NCBI GenBank assembly: GCA_039810425.1 | Contig: JBDHWW010000040.1 | Coordinates: forward strand, 1 to 25,361 | Direction: 5' to 3' | From: Pseudobdellovibrionaceae bacterium | GTDB taxonomy: Bacteria; Bdellovibrionota; Bdellovibrionia; Bdellovibrionales; Bdellovibrionaceae | Length of the DNA: 25,361 nt | Shown: positions 16,843 through 25,361 of the stretch, in pieces | Layout of the letters: every line of letters begins with the position of its first letter | Numbering within the stretch: position 1 is the stretch's first letter | Position numbers and translations under genes: made by a program | Notes under the pieces: model-generated | What the model was told of the DNA's origin: nothing | Databases searched by the model: none | Seen by the model: only the letters and a program-made list of their open reading frames with translations

Positions 16843-17949
16843 CTAATTCTGAGGAGGGCGAACCATTCCCCATTCTTTTAAGAAATTCCCAACAGCGTCT
16901 TTATCTTGAACAGTCGCGAGTGTTTTAAGATCCCCTGCGGTCGTCAGGCCCGCAGTAAAAACCGGGCAGCCACCCTTAGCCCGTGGAAGGCCTTGAATGG
17001 GTGAGTTCAAATCCGAACCCAGAAACACGTTTTGAGTTCCGGCGATGGCGGCAACTTCCTGCCATTGCACGAGATAAGGATTGTCTTCTTCGCAGCTTGT
17101 GTCTTTGGTCGGAGTGCCAATGAGCATGTCCGCCGACGGCAGCAACCCCACGGCGCCATTTCCTTTGCCGATCAACTTCAGCAAGCTCTCGTCGATGCCC
17201 CGTTCGGTGCCATAGTATTTCTTCATCACCGTGTGAGTCATCAGAATTGGATACCCCTTCGGGCGGATCTTTAAAAACTGATCAATCACTGCCTGGGATG
17301 AATGGCTGAGATCAATCCAGATTTTTTTTTCCAGCAGGTACTGAATCAGGCTCTCGCCCATTGGGGTGAGGCCTTCGTATTTGTTTGAACTAAAGAAATC
17401 AAGAATCGCTTGGATCGGTGAGAAGAGACCTTTTTGCTTTGCCGCTGTCCCTATGCGGCGGCCGAGATCACTAAAATGCAAGGGCGTCACAATACGAACG
17501 TTGTGTCGGCGCATGAGCTTATCGAAGAGCTCTCTTTCTTTAAAGAACCAGCCACCTTCAGACGAGATCATAAAGACTTTATTCCCTTTGTTAATTTCCT
17601 CCTGTGCTTCGCGAGGTTCTTTAACGATCTTCCATTGCCGATGAAGTTCGCAGTATTTTTGAATCTCGGCCATTTGCATGTCGAATTGTTTTTCAACATC
17701 GCCCCAGATTGGATTGATATAGATCACAGCAACGATCAGTTTTAAACCCGATTTTTCCAGCGTGTCATAGTCAATTTTGGATTTGAAGCGCGAATCCCAG
17801 TCTTTTGCGCGCACGGTTTCATTCAAGCCTCCCGAATAGAAAGGCGAGAGCGGCACATCGATGGTTAAATGCATATGCAAATCCACCGTGGCAAAGCCCG
17901 CAGCGCCTATAAGGCTCAGAAAGCTGAAAACCAAAAGGTTTTGTAACAT
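16843..17949 (-). CDS. secreted membrane-dipeptidase (peptidase M19)-like amidohydrolase
   Basis: Signal-like N-terminus; VDLHMH, SSEG, GLTPMG, IDLSHSS, MTHT, LGSD metal-site motifs. Confidence 0.85.
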   Translation of the reverse strand: MLQNLLVFSFLSLIGAAGFATVDLHMHLTIDVPLSPFYSGGLNETVRAKDWDSRFKSKIDYDTLEKSGLKLIVAVIYINPIWGDVEKQFDMQMAEIQKYCELHRQWKIVKEPREAQEEINKGNKVFMISSEGGWFFKERELFDKLMRRHNVRIVTPLHFSDLGRRIGTAAKQKGLFSPIQAILDFFSSNKYEGLTPMGESLIQYLLEKKIWIDLSHSSQAVIDQFLKIRPKGYPILMTHTVMKKYYGTERGIDESLLKLIGKGNGAVGLLPSADMLIGTPTKDTSCEEDNPYLVQWQEVAAIAGTQNVFLGSDLNSPIQGLPRAKGGCPVFTAGLTTAGDLKTLATVQDKDAVGNFLKEWGMVRPPQN

Positions 17950-18183
17950 ACCACGAATATAGAATTAATCGTTGAACGTCGCAATAGCTATGATGGAGCC
18001 CAAAAACGGCCGGTAAATGGCCGGAAAAAGGCTAGAAATATGGGCTTATGCCTGCTGATGAGTGACACAGAGCCGATGCTTTGAAAATAGAAGCCTTGCG
18101 CTTGCATTAAATGACGGCTAGCCTCTTGCAAGGATCGCTCGCAAGGCGGTCTCGACCGGCTTAGTAAATCTAGAGGGGGATTT

Positions 18184-19056
18184 ATGATGCGCAAAAGTGG
18201 GAAGAGAGCAGGGCTGCTTCTAAGTGCCGGCTTTTCGTTCTTCGTAGCTAGTGTCTCGATTGCAAAAGTTGAGGCGATTATCGGCGATGTAAATTTTAAA
18301 AAGAATCCCAACATTGCCATCAATCCGCCGGTCACGAGCGAATCTGAAATCATTATCTCGCGCAATCAATATGTCATCTCTTACAATAAAAATCGCCGTA
18401 ATCCGAATTGGGTTGCCTGGAGAGTGGATAATACAGAGCTCGGCAACATCGGCCGCACCGATAAATTCGTTGCGGACGGCGACTTGGAAAAATATTTGCA
18501 GAAAGATGGACCGAACGAACATGCCGTAAAACCGCACGATTATTTTGGTAGTTGCTATGATCGCGGTCACCAGGCACCATCTGCGGATCGCTCTGAAACT
18601 GAGCAAGACAATGAAGCCACTTTCTTGATGAGCAATATGCTGCCGCAGACGCCTTACTTAAATCGTGTGGTGTGGATGCATCTTGAGCAGTACACACGCG
18701 ACCTCGTTCGTAAAGAGGGTAAGATTGCGTACATTATTGCCGGTCCGATCTATGATCAGGATTTTGGCAAGATCGGTCCGAAGAACGACATCCAGGTTCC
18801 ATCTAAGAACTTCAAAGTGATTGTGTTTTTAGCGCGTGGCCAGACCCTCGCCGACATCAACGAACAGACCGAGACTATTGCGGTGGTCATGCCGAATCTG
18901 CTTGAAGATGGCAGTCGCCCAGACCAAAACACCGATGCTCTTTGTAAGAGCTCTGAAGAGGATCAGCGTGGGGGACGTTCAAATGACTGGGAACAATACA
19001 AATCCACGGTGTCTAATATTCAAAAGCTTTCTGGGGTGACCCTCTTTCCCAAGTAG
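18184..19056 (+). CDS. secreted DNA/RNA non-specific endonuclease (NucA/Serratia-type, beta-beta-alpha-Me)
   Basis: YDRGHQAPSADR, TFLMSNMLPQ..LNR.VW..LE..R; signal peptide; SD GAGGGGG. Confidence 0.95.
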   Translation: MMRKSGKRAGLLLSAGFSFFVASVSIAKVEAIIGDVNFKKNPNIAINPPVTSESEIIISRNQYVISYNKNRRNPNWVAWRVDNTELGNIGRTDKFVADGDLEKYLQKDGPNEHAVKPHDYFGSCYDRGHQAPSADRSETEQDNEATFLMSNMLPQTPYLNRVVWMHLEQYTRDLVRKEGKIAYIIAGPIYDQDFGKIGPKNDIQVPSKNFKVIVFLARGQTLADINEQTETIAVVMPNLLEDGSRPDQNTDALCKSSEEDQRGGRSNDWEQYKSTVSNIQKLSGVTLFPK

Positions 19057-19192
19057 TTTTGAATCCATTACAGACTTGTCTAGCGAAGTGTGATCGGAGC
19101 GTCTCTCATATTCAATGGGTTCGTTATAAGCTCCCACGGTCTTTGCATAAGCCCTTTGGTCGCCATTTTTTAGGAAGAGCACAGGAGGCCTT

Positions 19193-20014
19193 ATGAAAGC
19201 CATCATCAGTCCATTGGGACTCATCTTAGCTGTCACTTTGCTGGTAAATTGCAATCGCGCTCGCCTTGAGCCGAACAAACCAGGTATGGATCCAGCTCAG
19301 ACAGAGCATATTCCACGTGGCGGTGCCAATGGGTCGGCGCCTCCGGCTGTCGTTTGTAAGGCTGCAATTGTGAAAGCAGCGAATAATGTTAAAGTTCTTT
19401 TTGTGGTGGACGGTTCGGGTTCAAACTTCGGAGCCAATGGTTCGCAGCCGAGCGATCCTTCGAAAGAATGGCGAACGAACACACTTCGTCAGTTTATTAC
19501 CGAGAACGTGAATAAGCCGAATTTCTTCTATGGTTTGACTCTGTTTCAGGGAGTAACATCCGTTGCAAAAATCAAAGTCAATGGTGTGCCGGGATTCTCA
19601 AATGACAGAGCGGTGGTTTCTGAAGGCTTTAGATCTTTCTTGAGGACCCGGGATGGCGGCAACACCCCGTACAAAGCAGCTCTCAAAATGGCGAAGGAGA
19701 TTATTGCTGCAGATCTTGAACAGCATCTGAATGACAATACAACTTATGCTGTGGTGATGGTTTCTGACGGTCATGCAACAGATTACAAGAAGGCTCATGA
19801 CGTTATTCCTGATGCCGCTTCTATTAAGGACCTCGCGCCGGAGCGCATTACTTTAAACAGCGTGTACTACTCGGCAAGAAAAGTTGACGCTTCAGCGCCT
19901 CAGTACTTGAAGTCGATCGCTAACATCGGTGAGGGCGCATTCATCGTGGCCAACACGAAGCAGTCTTTGAAATTGGCGGATGTTGTTCATTTCTCAGCCC
20001 TGAGTTGTCGTTAG
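19193..20014 (+). CDS. vWA-domain lipoprotein
   Basis: SD AGGAGG; lipobox-like LVNC; MIDAS FVVDGSGS, GNTPY, VMVSDG. Confidence 0.88.
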   Translation: MKAIISPLGLILAVTLLVNCNRARLEPNKPGMDPAQTEHIPRGGANGSAPPAVVCKAAIVKAANNVKVLFVVDGSGSNFGANGSQPSDPSKEWRTNTLRQFITENVNKPNFFYGLTLFQGVTSVAKIKVNGVPGFSNDRAVVSEGFRSFLRTRDGGNTPYKAALKMAKEIIAADLEQHLNDNTTYAVVMVSDGHATDYKKAHDVIPDAASIKDLAPERITLNSVYYSARKVDASAPQYLKSIANIGEGAFIVANTKQSLKLADVVHFSALSCR

Positions 20015-20083
20015 TAAATCTCTAGCGGGAACTCTTGCTTGTACCGTTCGGCTTCGTTAACATATCTTTCAAGGGAGTATGTT

Positions 20084-20539
20084 ATGAACGGCGCGCATCT
20101 GCATTTACTAGTGAACCATGTGTCTCTTTTCTGCATCTTTATCGGAGTTGCGGCTTTGATATTTTCGATGATTCGAAAATCTTCCGACCTCCGAATTCTC
20201 GCGGTGACGCTCTTTGTGATCGCCGGTATTTTCGGCTGGATCGCCATGGAGACCGGAGAACAAGCTGAAGATATTCTTAAAACCCTCGATACGAGCGTGA
20301 AGATCTTTATTGAGCCCCATGAACAAGCGGCGGAATGGGCTTTTCGCTCCAGCATCTTGATTGCACTTTTGGCGATCGCAACGGAATGGTCCGCCCGCAA
20401 GAAACAGAAATGGTTTAAGCCCCTGCAATGGATCTTATTGGTGGCGGCAATCCACGGTTCGACGGTGTTTGCCACGACGTCTTACTTAGGTGGAGATATT
20501 CGTCACAGCGAAATCCGCAGCGAAAACAATAAGAAGTGA
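20084..20539 (+). CDS. DUF2231-like four-TM membrane protein
   Basis: MNGAHLHLLVNH, TGE.AE, HE..A, GG.IRH.EIR; four hydrophobic segments; SD GGGAG before ATG 20084. Confidence 0.8.
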   Translation: MNGAHLHLLVNHVSLFCIFIGVAALIFSMIRKSSDLRILAVTLFVIAGIFGWIAMETGEQAEDILKTLDTSVKIFIEPHEQAAEWAFRSSILIALLAIATEWSARKKQKWFKPLQWILLVAAIHGSTVFATTSYLGGDIRHSEIRSENNKK

Positions 20540-21814
20540 CAGGCCGACCATAGGGAGTGCCACGGCAAAGATCGCCATGATGGCGAAAATCATGAGGGGG
20601 GTTCGGCCCTCGACGGCGCGAGGTGCGCCGAGTCCGCCTTCAGGACGGCGGCGCCACCACATCACAACACCACTGATGCAAAGGCCGACCAAGGCCAGGC
20701 ACGCAGCCAGGGCTAGCAACTGATTGAGCCAGCCAAAGACCAATCCTTGATGTAAGGAAATTCCGAACTCAACAGCTTTTGCAAAAAGATTATAGTCAGC
20801 ATAGCGGATTTCTTCGACGATGGCGCCGCTGTACTGATCGATATGAATGGTCCTTTCTAAGCGCGGGTCTCCCGGGAACGACGACAGCGTAAAGACTCCC
20901 ATTTCATCTTGGGGATAGGCAATCTTGTAGCCACCGGGCAGAGTTTCCTTGCGCGCGATGTCCGTGACGCGATCAAGGCTGATCTGATTTGCCGAGGCTC
21001 TCTTTACGGACTTTTCATGCACGTGAGCCGACGTCGGCAGGGGGGCTGTTTCAGCGGCCCACGGTACCATTTGCTCGTGGCCTTTATTGAGTTCCGCCGA
21101 GAGCATCGTGGATTCAGGCGTTGAAGCAAATGCGTGTGGCGGAAAACTATTCCAAACTTTCGCGTAACGCTCTCCCCAGAATCCAGTCCAGGGCAGCCCT
21201 GTGATAATCAAAAAGCTGATGAGGATTGCCGAGTAAACACCGAGGCAGGCGTGAATGTCGCGCCAGAAAATGCGAGAACCGCCGGTCCACCGGGGTAACC
21301 AAACTCCCCAGAATTTTTGACCACGTGGCCACCAGAGGTAAAGACCAGTGCAGATCAAAATCAAACCCCAGCAAGCAACGGTTTCCACGAGGCGATCCCC
21401 GAGGGTGCCGGCGAGCAGCTCTCCGTGGATTTTTTTAACAACGTTTTGGTAGTAGTTTTCTTCATCGCGCATCCCGAGGACTTGACCATCGTGGGGGTTG
21501 ACGTAGACGTTGAATTTCTGACCGAGGTCCGACATACCGATAGCGGCACTGCGATCAGGGCTTGCGGGTGCAAAATAACTTTCAACGGTGGCAGACGGGT
21601 AAGCAGTTTTGGCTTTCTGAACAATCTCGGAATCAGCAAGAGCATTGGCATTTGGAGCGACCTTGAGTAGTTGCGAATAAACCAAAGGATCGAGTTGCGG
21701 CTTAAACAGATAGATACTGCCAGTGATGGCCAGAGTGAGCATAAATGGAATGACGAGAAGGCCCGCATAGAAATGCCATCTCCAAATGCGCGCATACAGC
21801 TTGCTTTTGTCCAC
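20486..21814 (-). CDS. PepSY-associated TM helix domain protein
   Basis: WRWHFYAGL, TGSIYLF, IHGELL.G..G, TGLYLWWPR, RDIH, TGLPW, LHQG..FG, SG..MWW.RRP; GTG start at 21814 (SD GGGAG) or 21820. Confidence 0.93.
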   Translation of the reverse strand: MDKSKLYARIWRWHFYAGLLVIPFMLTLAITGSIYLFKPQLDPLVYSQLLKVAPNANALADSEIVQKAKTAYPSATVESYFAPASPDRSAAIGMSDLGQKFNVYVNPHDGQVLGMRDEENYYQNVVKKIHGELLAGTLGDRLVETVACWGLILICTGLYLWWPRGQKFWGVWLPRWTGGSRIFWRDIHACLGVYSAILISFLIITGLPWTGFWGERYAKVWNSFPPHAFASTPESTMLSAELNKGHEQMVPWAAETAPLPTSAHVHEKSVKRASANQISLDRVTDIARKETLPGGYKIAYPQDEMGVFTLSSFPGDPRLERTIHIDQYSGAIVEEIRYADYNLFAKAVEFGISLHQGLVFGWLNQLLALAACLALVGLCISGVVMWWRRRPEGGLGAPRAVEGRTPLMIFAIMAIFAVALPMVGLSLLIVFAADFAVTNIST

Positions 21815-21836
21815 GCCCACTCCCTATACCGAGAAC

Positions 21837-23036
21837 CTAGAAATAAAACCCAATCCCCAGCGTGGAGACATCTTCCTTCTTCTTATTCACGCTCGTCTCT
21901 TGGTGGCCGCGCTTGTAAGCCAGAGTCACCTTATAGTTCACGCGCTCTGGGCCGTAGTTGGAGTTCCAGTACAGAGCTCCGTAAGGATCCAGTGCCGATT
22001 TGTACTCAATGCCGTCTTTTGTGGCATTACCCAGGTACTCACCGATCGCAGACAGACCGATGGTGTTTCTCGCCCCTGAGTAGAAATCCCAAGAGATGTT
22101 AAGCTCCACCCCTGGAAATGCAATCGACTCCAGCTTGTATTCTCCCGAGGTTGCTTCTGGCAGCAAGAAGCTCTGTTCCGTGTACAGCGCCATTAAATCC
22201 ATATGTAGGCGCGGTGTCGCCTCGTAAGCAACGCCCGCCCCGAACGACTTCAATGTTTCAGATTTGTGATTTATAACGGTACCGGCATTGTCTTCGATTT
22301 CGCTAAACTGCGTGTTTGTTAGGCCTGCTTGAAAAAGCAAATGCCAGCGCTCGTTGATGATCTTGCCATATTGGAGATCAAATCCCACACTGCTGTTGGA
22401 TTTCATCGTCGCTTCCGATTGGGTTGCGTCGTCTTCAGCCGTCAGTTTTACGAGGTGATAACGGGGCTGAACAAAAATGAAACCGCGATGAACCGCTTCT
22501 GCCGAAGGCGTCTCTTTAGCAAGTTCTTCCTTTTTCGCAGGAGCTTCTTTAGCGAGAGCCTCGTGCACTTCTGGCTTTGGTTCCGGCAGGGGAGTTGTCG
22601 GCGCGACCGGAACTGTGGTTGCGGGCACCGCAACTGGTGGTGCTGGTTGAGCTGCGATCACTGCGGTTGCTATGGCAACAGGCTTTAGTGAACCGACCTT
22701 TCCATTGGTAACAACTTCCTTTGGAGGAGATTCCACGGCCTTAGCCTCTTTCGCCGGTGCTGTTTCTCTTACCGCAGTTTCTTTGATTGAAGGCGCCATC
22801 CCTGGCAATAAAATCGTCTGGCCGGGGACTAGTGCGTTTGGATTCTTGAGTTTTGGATTCAATTTAATCAGATTTTTAGCATACTCGTAGCGACGCGAAT
22901 CTTTTTTATCGCTCGTGCCCAAAGATCGGTCCGCGATTTTTAAAAGCGTATCGCCTTCCCGAACGATATATTCTGTCTGTGACCAAGCCAAACACGGTGG
23001 GATTAGTAAAGCAGCAACTAAAGACTTCAAAAACAT
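21837..23036 (-). CDS. LysM-domain protein with Pro/Ala linker and C-terminal outer-membrane beta-barrel
   Basis: SD GAGGTG, ATG 23036; YIVREGDTLLKIA...LNPKLKNPNALVPGQTILLP; PAV/PEPK linker; amphipathic strands ending GIGFYF. Confidence 0.85.
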   Translation of the reverse strand: MFLKSLVAALLIPPCLAWSQTEYIVREGDTLLKIADRSLGTSDKKDSRRYEYAKNLIKLNPKLKNPNALVPGQTILLPGMAPSIKETAVRETAPAKEAKAVESPPKEVVTNGKVGSLKPVAIATAVIAAQPAPPVAVPATTVPVAPTTPLPEPKPEVHEALAKEAPAKKEELAKETPSAEAVHRGFIFVQPRYHLVKLTAEDDATQSEATMKSNSSVGFDLQYGKIINERWHLLFQAGLTNTQFSEIEDNAGTVINHKSETLKSFGAGVAYEATPRLHMDLMALYTEQSFLLPEATSGEYKLESIAFPGVELNISWDFYSGARNTIGLSAIGEYLGNATKDGIEYKSALDPYGALYWNSNYGPERVNYKVTLAYKRGHQETSVNKKKEDVSTLGIGFYF

Positions 23037-23201
23037 AGACACCTCGTCACTCACAAGGATGTCATATTCAGTTTTTGAAGCCTACCAGGAATTCAAGCTA
23101 GCCTAGTCCTAAGGGCAATCCATTCGTTGTCTTACGCACTTTCCTTGAGCCGCCACAAGCACCAAATACATCAATGACGTTGCATGAATGCTTCGCCGGC
23201 G

Positions 23202-23590
23202 CTAAAAGATATGGGTTTGAATCCAGACTTCAGTCTCACTTAAGAAAAAACAGTACACAAGGCCATGCCATGTTTTACCCTCTGCAAATATCTCTTCAAC
23301 TTTCCATCTACGTTCGTACATCTTAGATTTAAATTCAGTGGATTTATCTTTTTCAGCCATTTCATCCAAAAGAGCTTGATGAATATGAACGTTGAATCGC
23401 CGTGACCTTTTGTGAGCATGATCTTTCGGTAAACAATCTTCCGACAAAGGACACACCTGACAACGATCGTTTGCATTGTCGTAGACAAAACGTTTCGGAT
23501 CAAAAATTTTTTCCTTACGCTTTGGCGCATGAAAACACGAAATAAAGGACTGAATACCTTGCTTCTGAATCTCGTGAAAATTCTGGCCAG
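23202..23590 (-). pseudogene. IS1182-family-like transposase remnant (C-terminal part, internally deleted)
   Basis: One frame reads SGQNFHEIQKQGIQSFI...FDPKRFVYDNANDR-CQVCPLSEDC...MYERRWKVEEIFAEGKTWHGL, matching the F.YD...D, C..CP....C and Y..R...VE..FAE.K..HGL motifs; no start or N-terminal domain. Confidence 0.8.
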
Positions 23591-23689
23591 ACCACGTTTT
23601 GTCTCTATTTTAGAAACTGTAACAAATTTGATAGTGTGATGAATTTCGGCATCTCATAAACAAATTCATCTAATCGAAGCTCTCTTCTA

Positions 23690-24532
23690 TTAAGGCGAAC
23701 AGGAAACGCTGGTTAACGACCGAACAACAAAAATATTTGGATAGCCTGCTTGCGAAATGAAATTTTCGTTTTTGACATAACAACCGGCTAAGTTCCCCAT
23801 TGTATCAATTTTGCAATAGATCATTCCAGATACATCTTTGGAGCTATAGGAGTAGGCTTTAACAATCGAATATCCAAAATACTTACAAGCCCCCTCTGCA
23901 TGCGCTCTGGCTTTACGCTCGAGTGCTTCATCACCTGCGTTTCCTTCCGGATAAGGCATGGGGCCATCAGGAAGCTCAATTATACGCTGGATAAAACCGA
24001 TATGTCTCGGCATTCCTTTATATTCAATCGTTGGATTAAACAAAGTCACAGATTTATCAGGATTCGTAATTGTCGTTGAGGCACTTAAGGAATTTCGAAT
24101 GAACTGCGAGTGCTCTTTTGCAATATTAAGGATATTTTCAGAAACGGAATACTCTCCCTCTGCCTCATACTCCGCTAACACTGCGAGTTCATGAGCAACC
24201 AAGCGAAGCTTCTTTATAGCGGTTAAATCATCCCATCTGTCAACGAGAAGGTCTATCCTCATTTCGCTAGGGTAAGAGCGGGCCTCGCGGTCAAGCACTT
24301 TAACAGGCAAACATCTTAGTTCCGAACTGATTTCTTCAATTCTTAGCACTCGGATTTTAGGATCGATTTTATTCACTTCGATTTGACCAGCTTGGCTTAA
24401 GGCGCTCGCCAATTTCCGAGCCAGATCTGAAAATTCAGCGCAGCGAATATCACCACCACCAGTGGTAATAGGACCCGCATTTGCAAATACTGCTGAAAGT
24501 GACAAGATGAAAAACAATAAAACTCTTTTCAT
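23690..24532 (-). CDS. secreted 'GGGD...HE' family protein (paralogue A)
   Basis: SD GAGGTG, ATG 24532; signal peptide ending ANA, then GPITTGGGD; LVAHELAVL; Cys-containing C-terminal domain. Confidence 0.82.
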   Translation of the reverse strand: MKRVLLFFILSLSAVFANAGPITTGGGDIRCAEFSDLARKLASALSQAGQIEVNKIDPKIRVLRIEEISSELRCLPVKVLDREARSYPSEMRIDLLVDRWDDLTAIKKLRLVAHELAVLAEYEAEGEYSVSENILNIAKEHSQFIRNSLSASTTITNPDKSVTLFNPTIEYKGMPRHIGFIQRIIELPDGPMPYPEGNAGDEALERKARAHAEGACKYFGYSIVKAYSYSSKDVSGMIYCKIDTMGNLAGCYVKNENFISQAGYPNIFVVRSLTSVSCSP

Positions 24533-24632
24533 ACACACCTCTTGTTAATGCCAAAACTTAATAATAGAATCGCGATAAATATAGGCTTCATAGTTTAAAT
24601 TTCCCTTTTAAATTTATATCTCTGCTCATTTC

Positions 24633-25267
24633 TCAATCACTAGCGCTATAACGAATGCATTGAGCAACAACTTTTAAAGTTCTGACCTCTCCCTGGCAAA
24701 AAATCTGTGCTTTCTTAAGAGCTTGTTCCAAAGTACTCACACCATTCAGGGTAACCCCAGCATCAGCGGCACCGGACTGAGCATTCTCAAAACATTGACA
24801 GTCCCAACGGGCCTCTTCTTGAGAGGATTCTTTAGAAAGAACTATTTTTAATAGCGCATTTGAATAGATATAGTTTGCGTCGGAGACTTGGGGATAACTA
24901 AGGCCAATTAACTCATGAATTGCAATTTGAGTTTTATCTACGTCTGCTAGACTCAACCATAGCTTTCGATTAATGATGATTTCATTTTTATCTGGGTAGT
25001 TAACAGCTGTTACAGCATTGCCATTTAAGGAAAGTGATTCAATCACTGAATGAACAAACGTTTCTTTAAATTTTCTTTCGATGAAGTAAACATCAAAAGA
25101 CACACCACTTACAATAATAGGAGATTCCGCCTTTAATTGTTCAATGACATGAAGAGCATGGTTACTAAAGTCCGCCGCCGCGACATCACCACCACCGCTC
25201 GTTATGGTGGACCCGCATGCGCCCATGTTCCCAACCAGATAAAGAAGTTTATTAAACCCTTTTTCAT
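24633..25267 (-). pseudogene. secreted 'GGGD...HE' family protein (paralogue B), frameshifted just after the signal peptide
   Basis: ATG 25267 gives MKKGLINFFIWLGTWAHAGPP*; the homologous continuation ITSGGGD...IAIHELIGL is in another frame (shift at ~25206-25211). Confidence 0.72.
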
Positions 25268-25268
25268 A

Positions 25269-25279
25269 CCCCCCCCCCC
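25269..25279 (-). repeat. G11 homopolymer tract 1 nt upstream of the inferred start codon
   Basis: Eleven consecutive C on the + strand at 25269-25279. Confidence 0.9.
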
Positions 25280-25361
25280 TACATGCGCTTACTATTACCC
25301 ACAAGTTGAACCACCTTTGAACAGGACGTAGTCCTCTGCGATGTCATTGAGTCGCTGCCAA

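Noticed and set aside
18050..18095. CTGATGA...GAAA hammerhead-like core
   Set aside because: No convincing stem II or flanking stems could be paired by eye.
2545..20060. TTCGTTA motif upstream of the OmpA, vWA and DUF2231-like genes as an ECF-sigma -10
   Set aside because: No shared -35 element at a consistent spacing; too short to support.
2748..23106. Numerous antisense and alternate-frame ORFs in the supplied track
   Set aside because: They shadow well-supported genes and lack SDs or family motifs.
25295..25361. Possible 3' end of an upstream minus-strand gene (…DIAEDYVLFKGGSTCG*)
   Set aside because: Too short and cut by the window edge to assign.

Overview
Bacterial chromosomal window, most consistent with a Bdellovibrio-like (Bdellovibrionota) genome. 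This is inferred from gene content and style, not from a database search. Left edge (1-~510): the AT-richer end of an integrative element. The 3' end of a large serine recombinase reads antisense into tRNA-Leu(CAG) at 509-595, and the recombinase appears cut off by an IS1595-like remnant. Core region: an RlmM-like methyltransferase, a DUF962/Mpo1-like protein, an OmpA-family protein, then a divergently arranged heme/redox cluster. That cluster holds a RoxA-like diheme protein, two cytochrome b562-like proteins, a diheme c-type lipoprotein, YceI and a Cyc2-like CxxCH-beta-barrel fusion. It is followed by proBA, thioredoxin, secreted hypotheticals, an MCP, EcsC, an M19 dipeptidase, a secreted non-specific nuclease, a vWA lipoprotein, DUF2231-like and PepSY-TM membrane proteins, and a LysM-barrel protein. 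Right edge (~23200 onward): an AT-richer accessory stretch with an internally deleted IS1182-like remnant and two tandem 'GGGD...HE' secreted paralogues with unrelated C-termini; one is frameshifted and preceded by a G11 tract. The best candidates for an undescribed system are the trans-envelope heme/isoprenoid cluster (3733-9848) and the modular GGGD secreted family (23690-25279). Family assignments come from motif recognition by eye and need HMM or structure confirmation.
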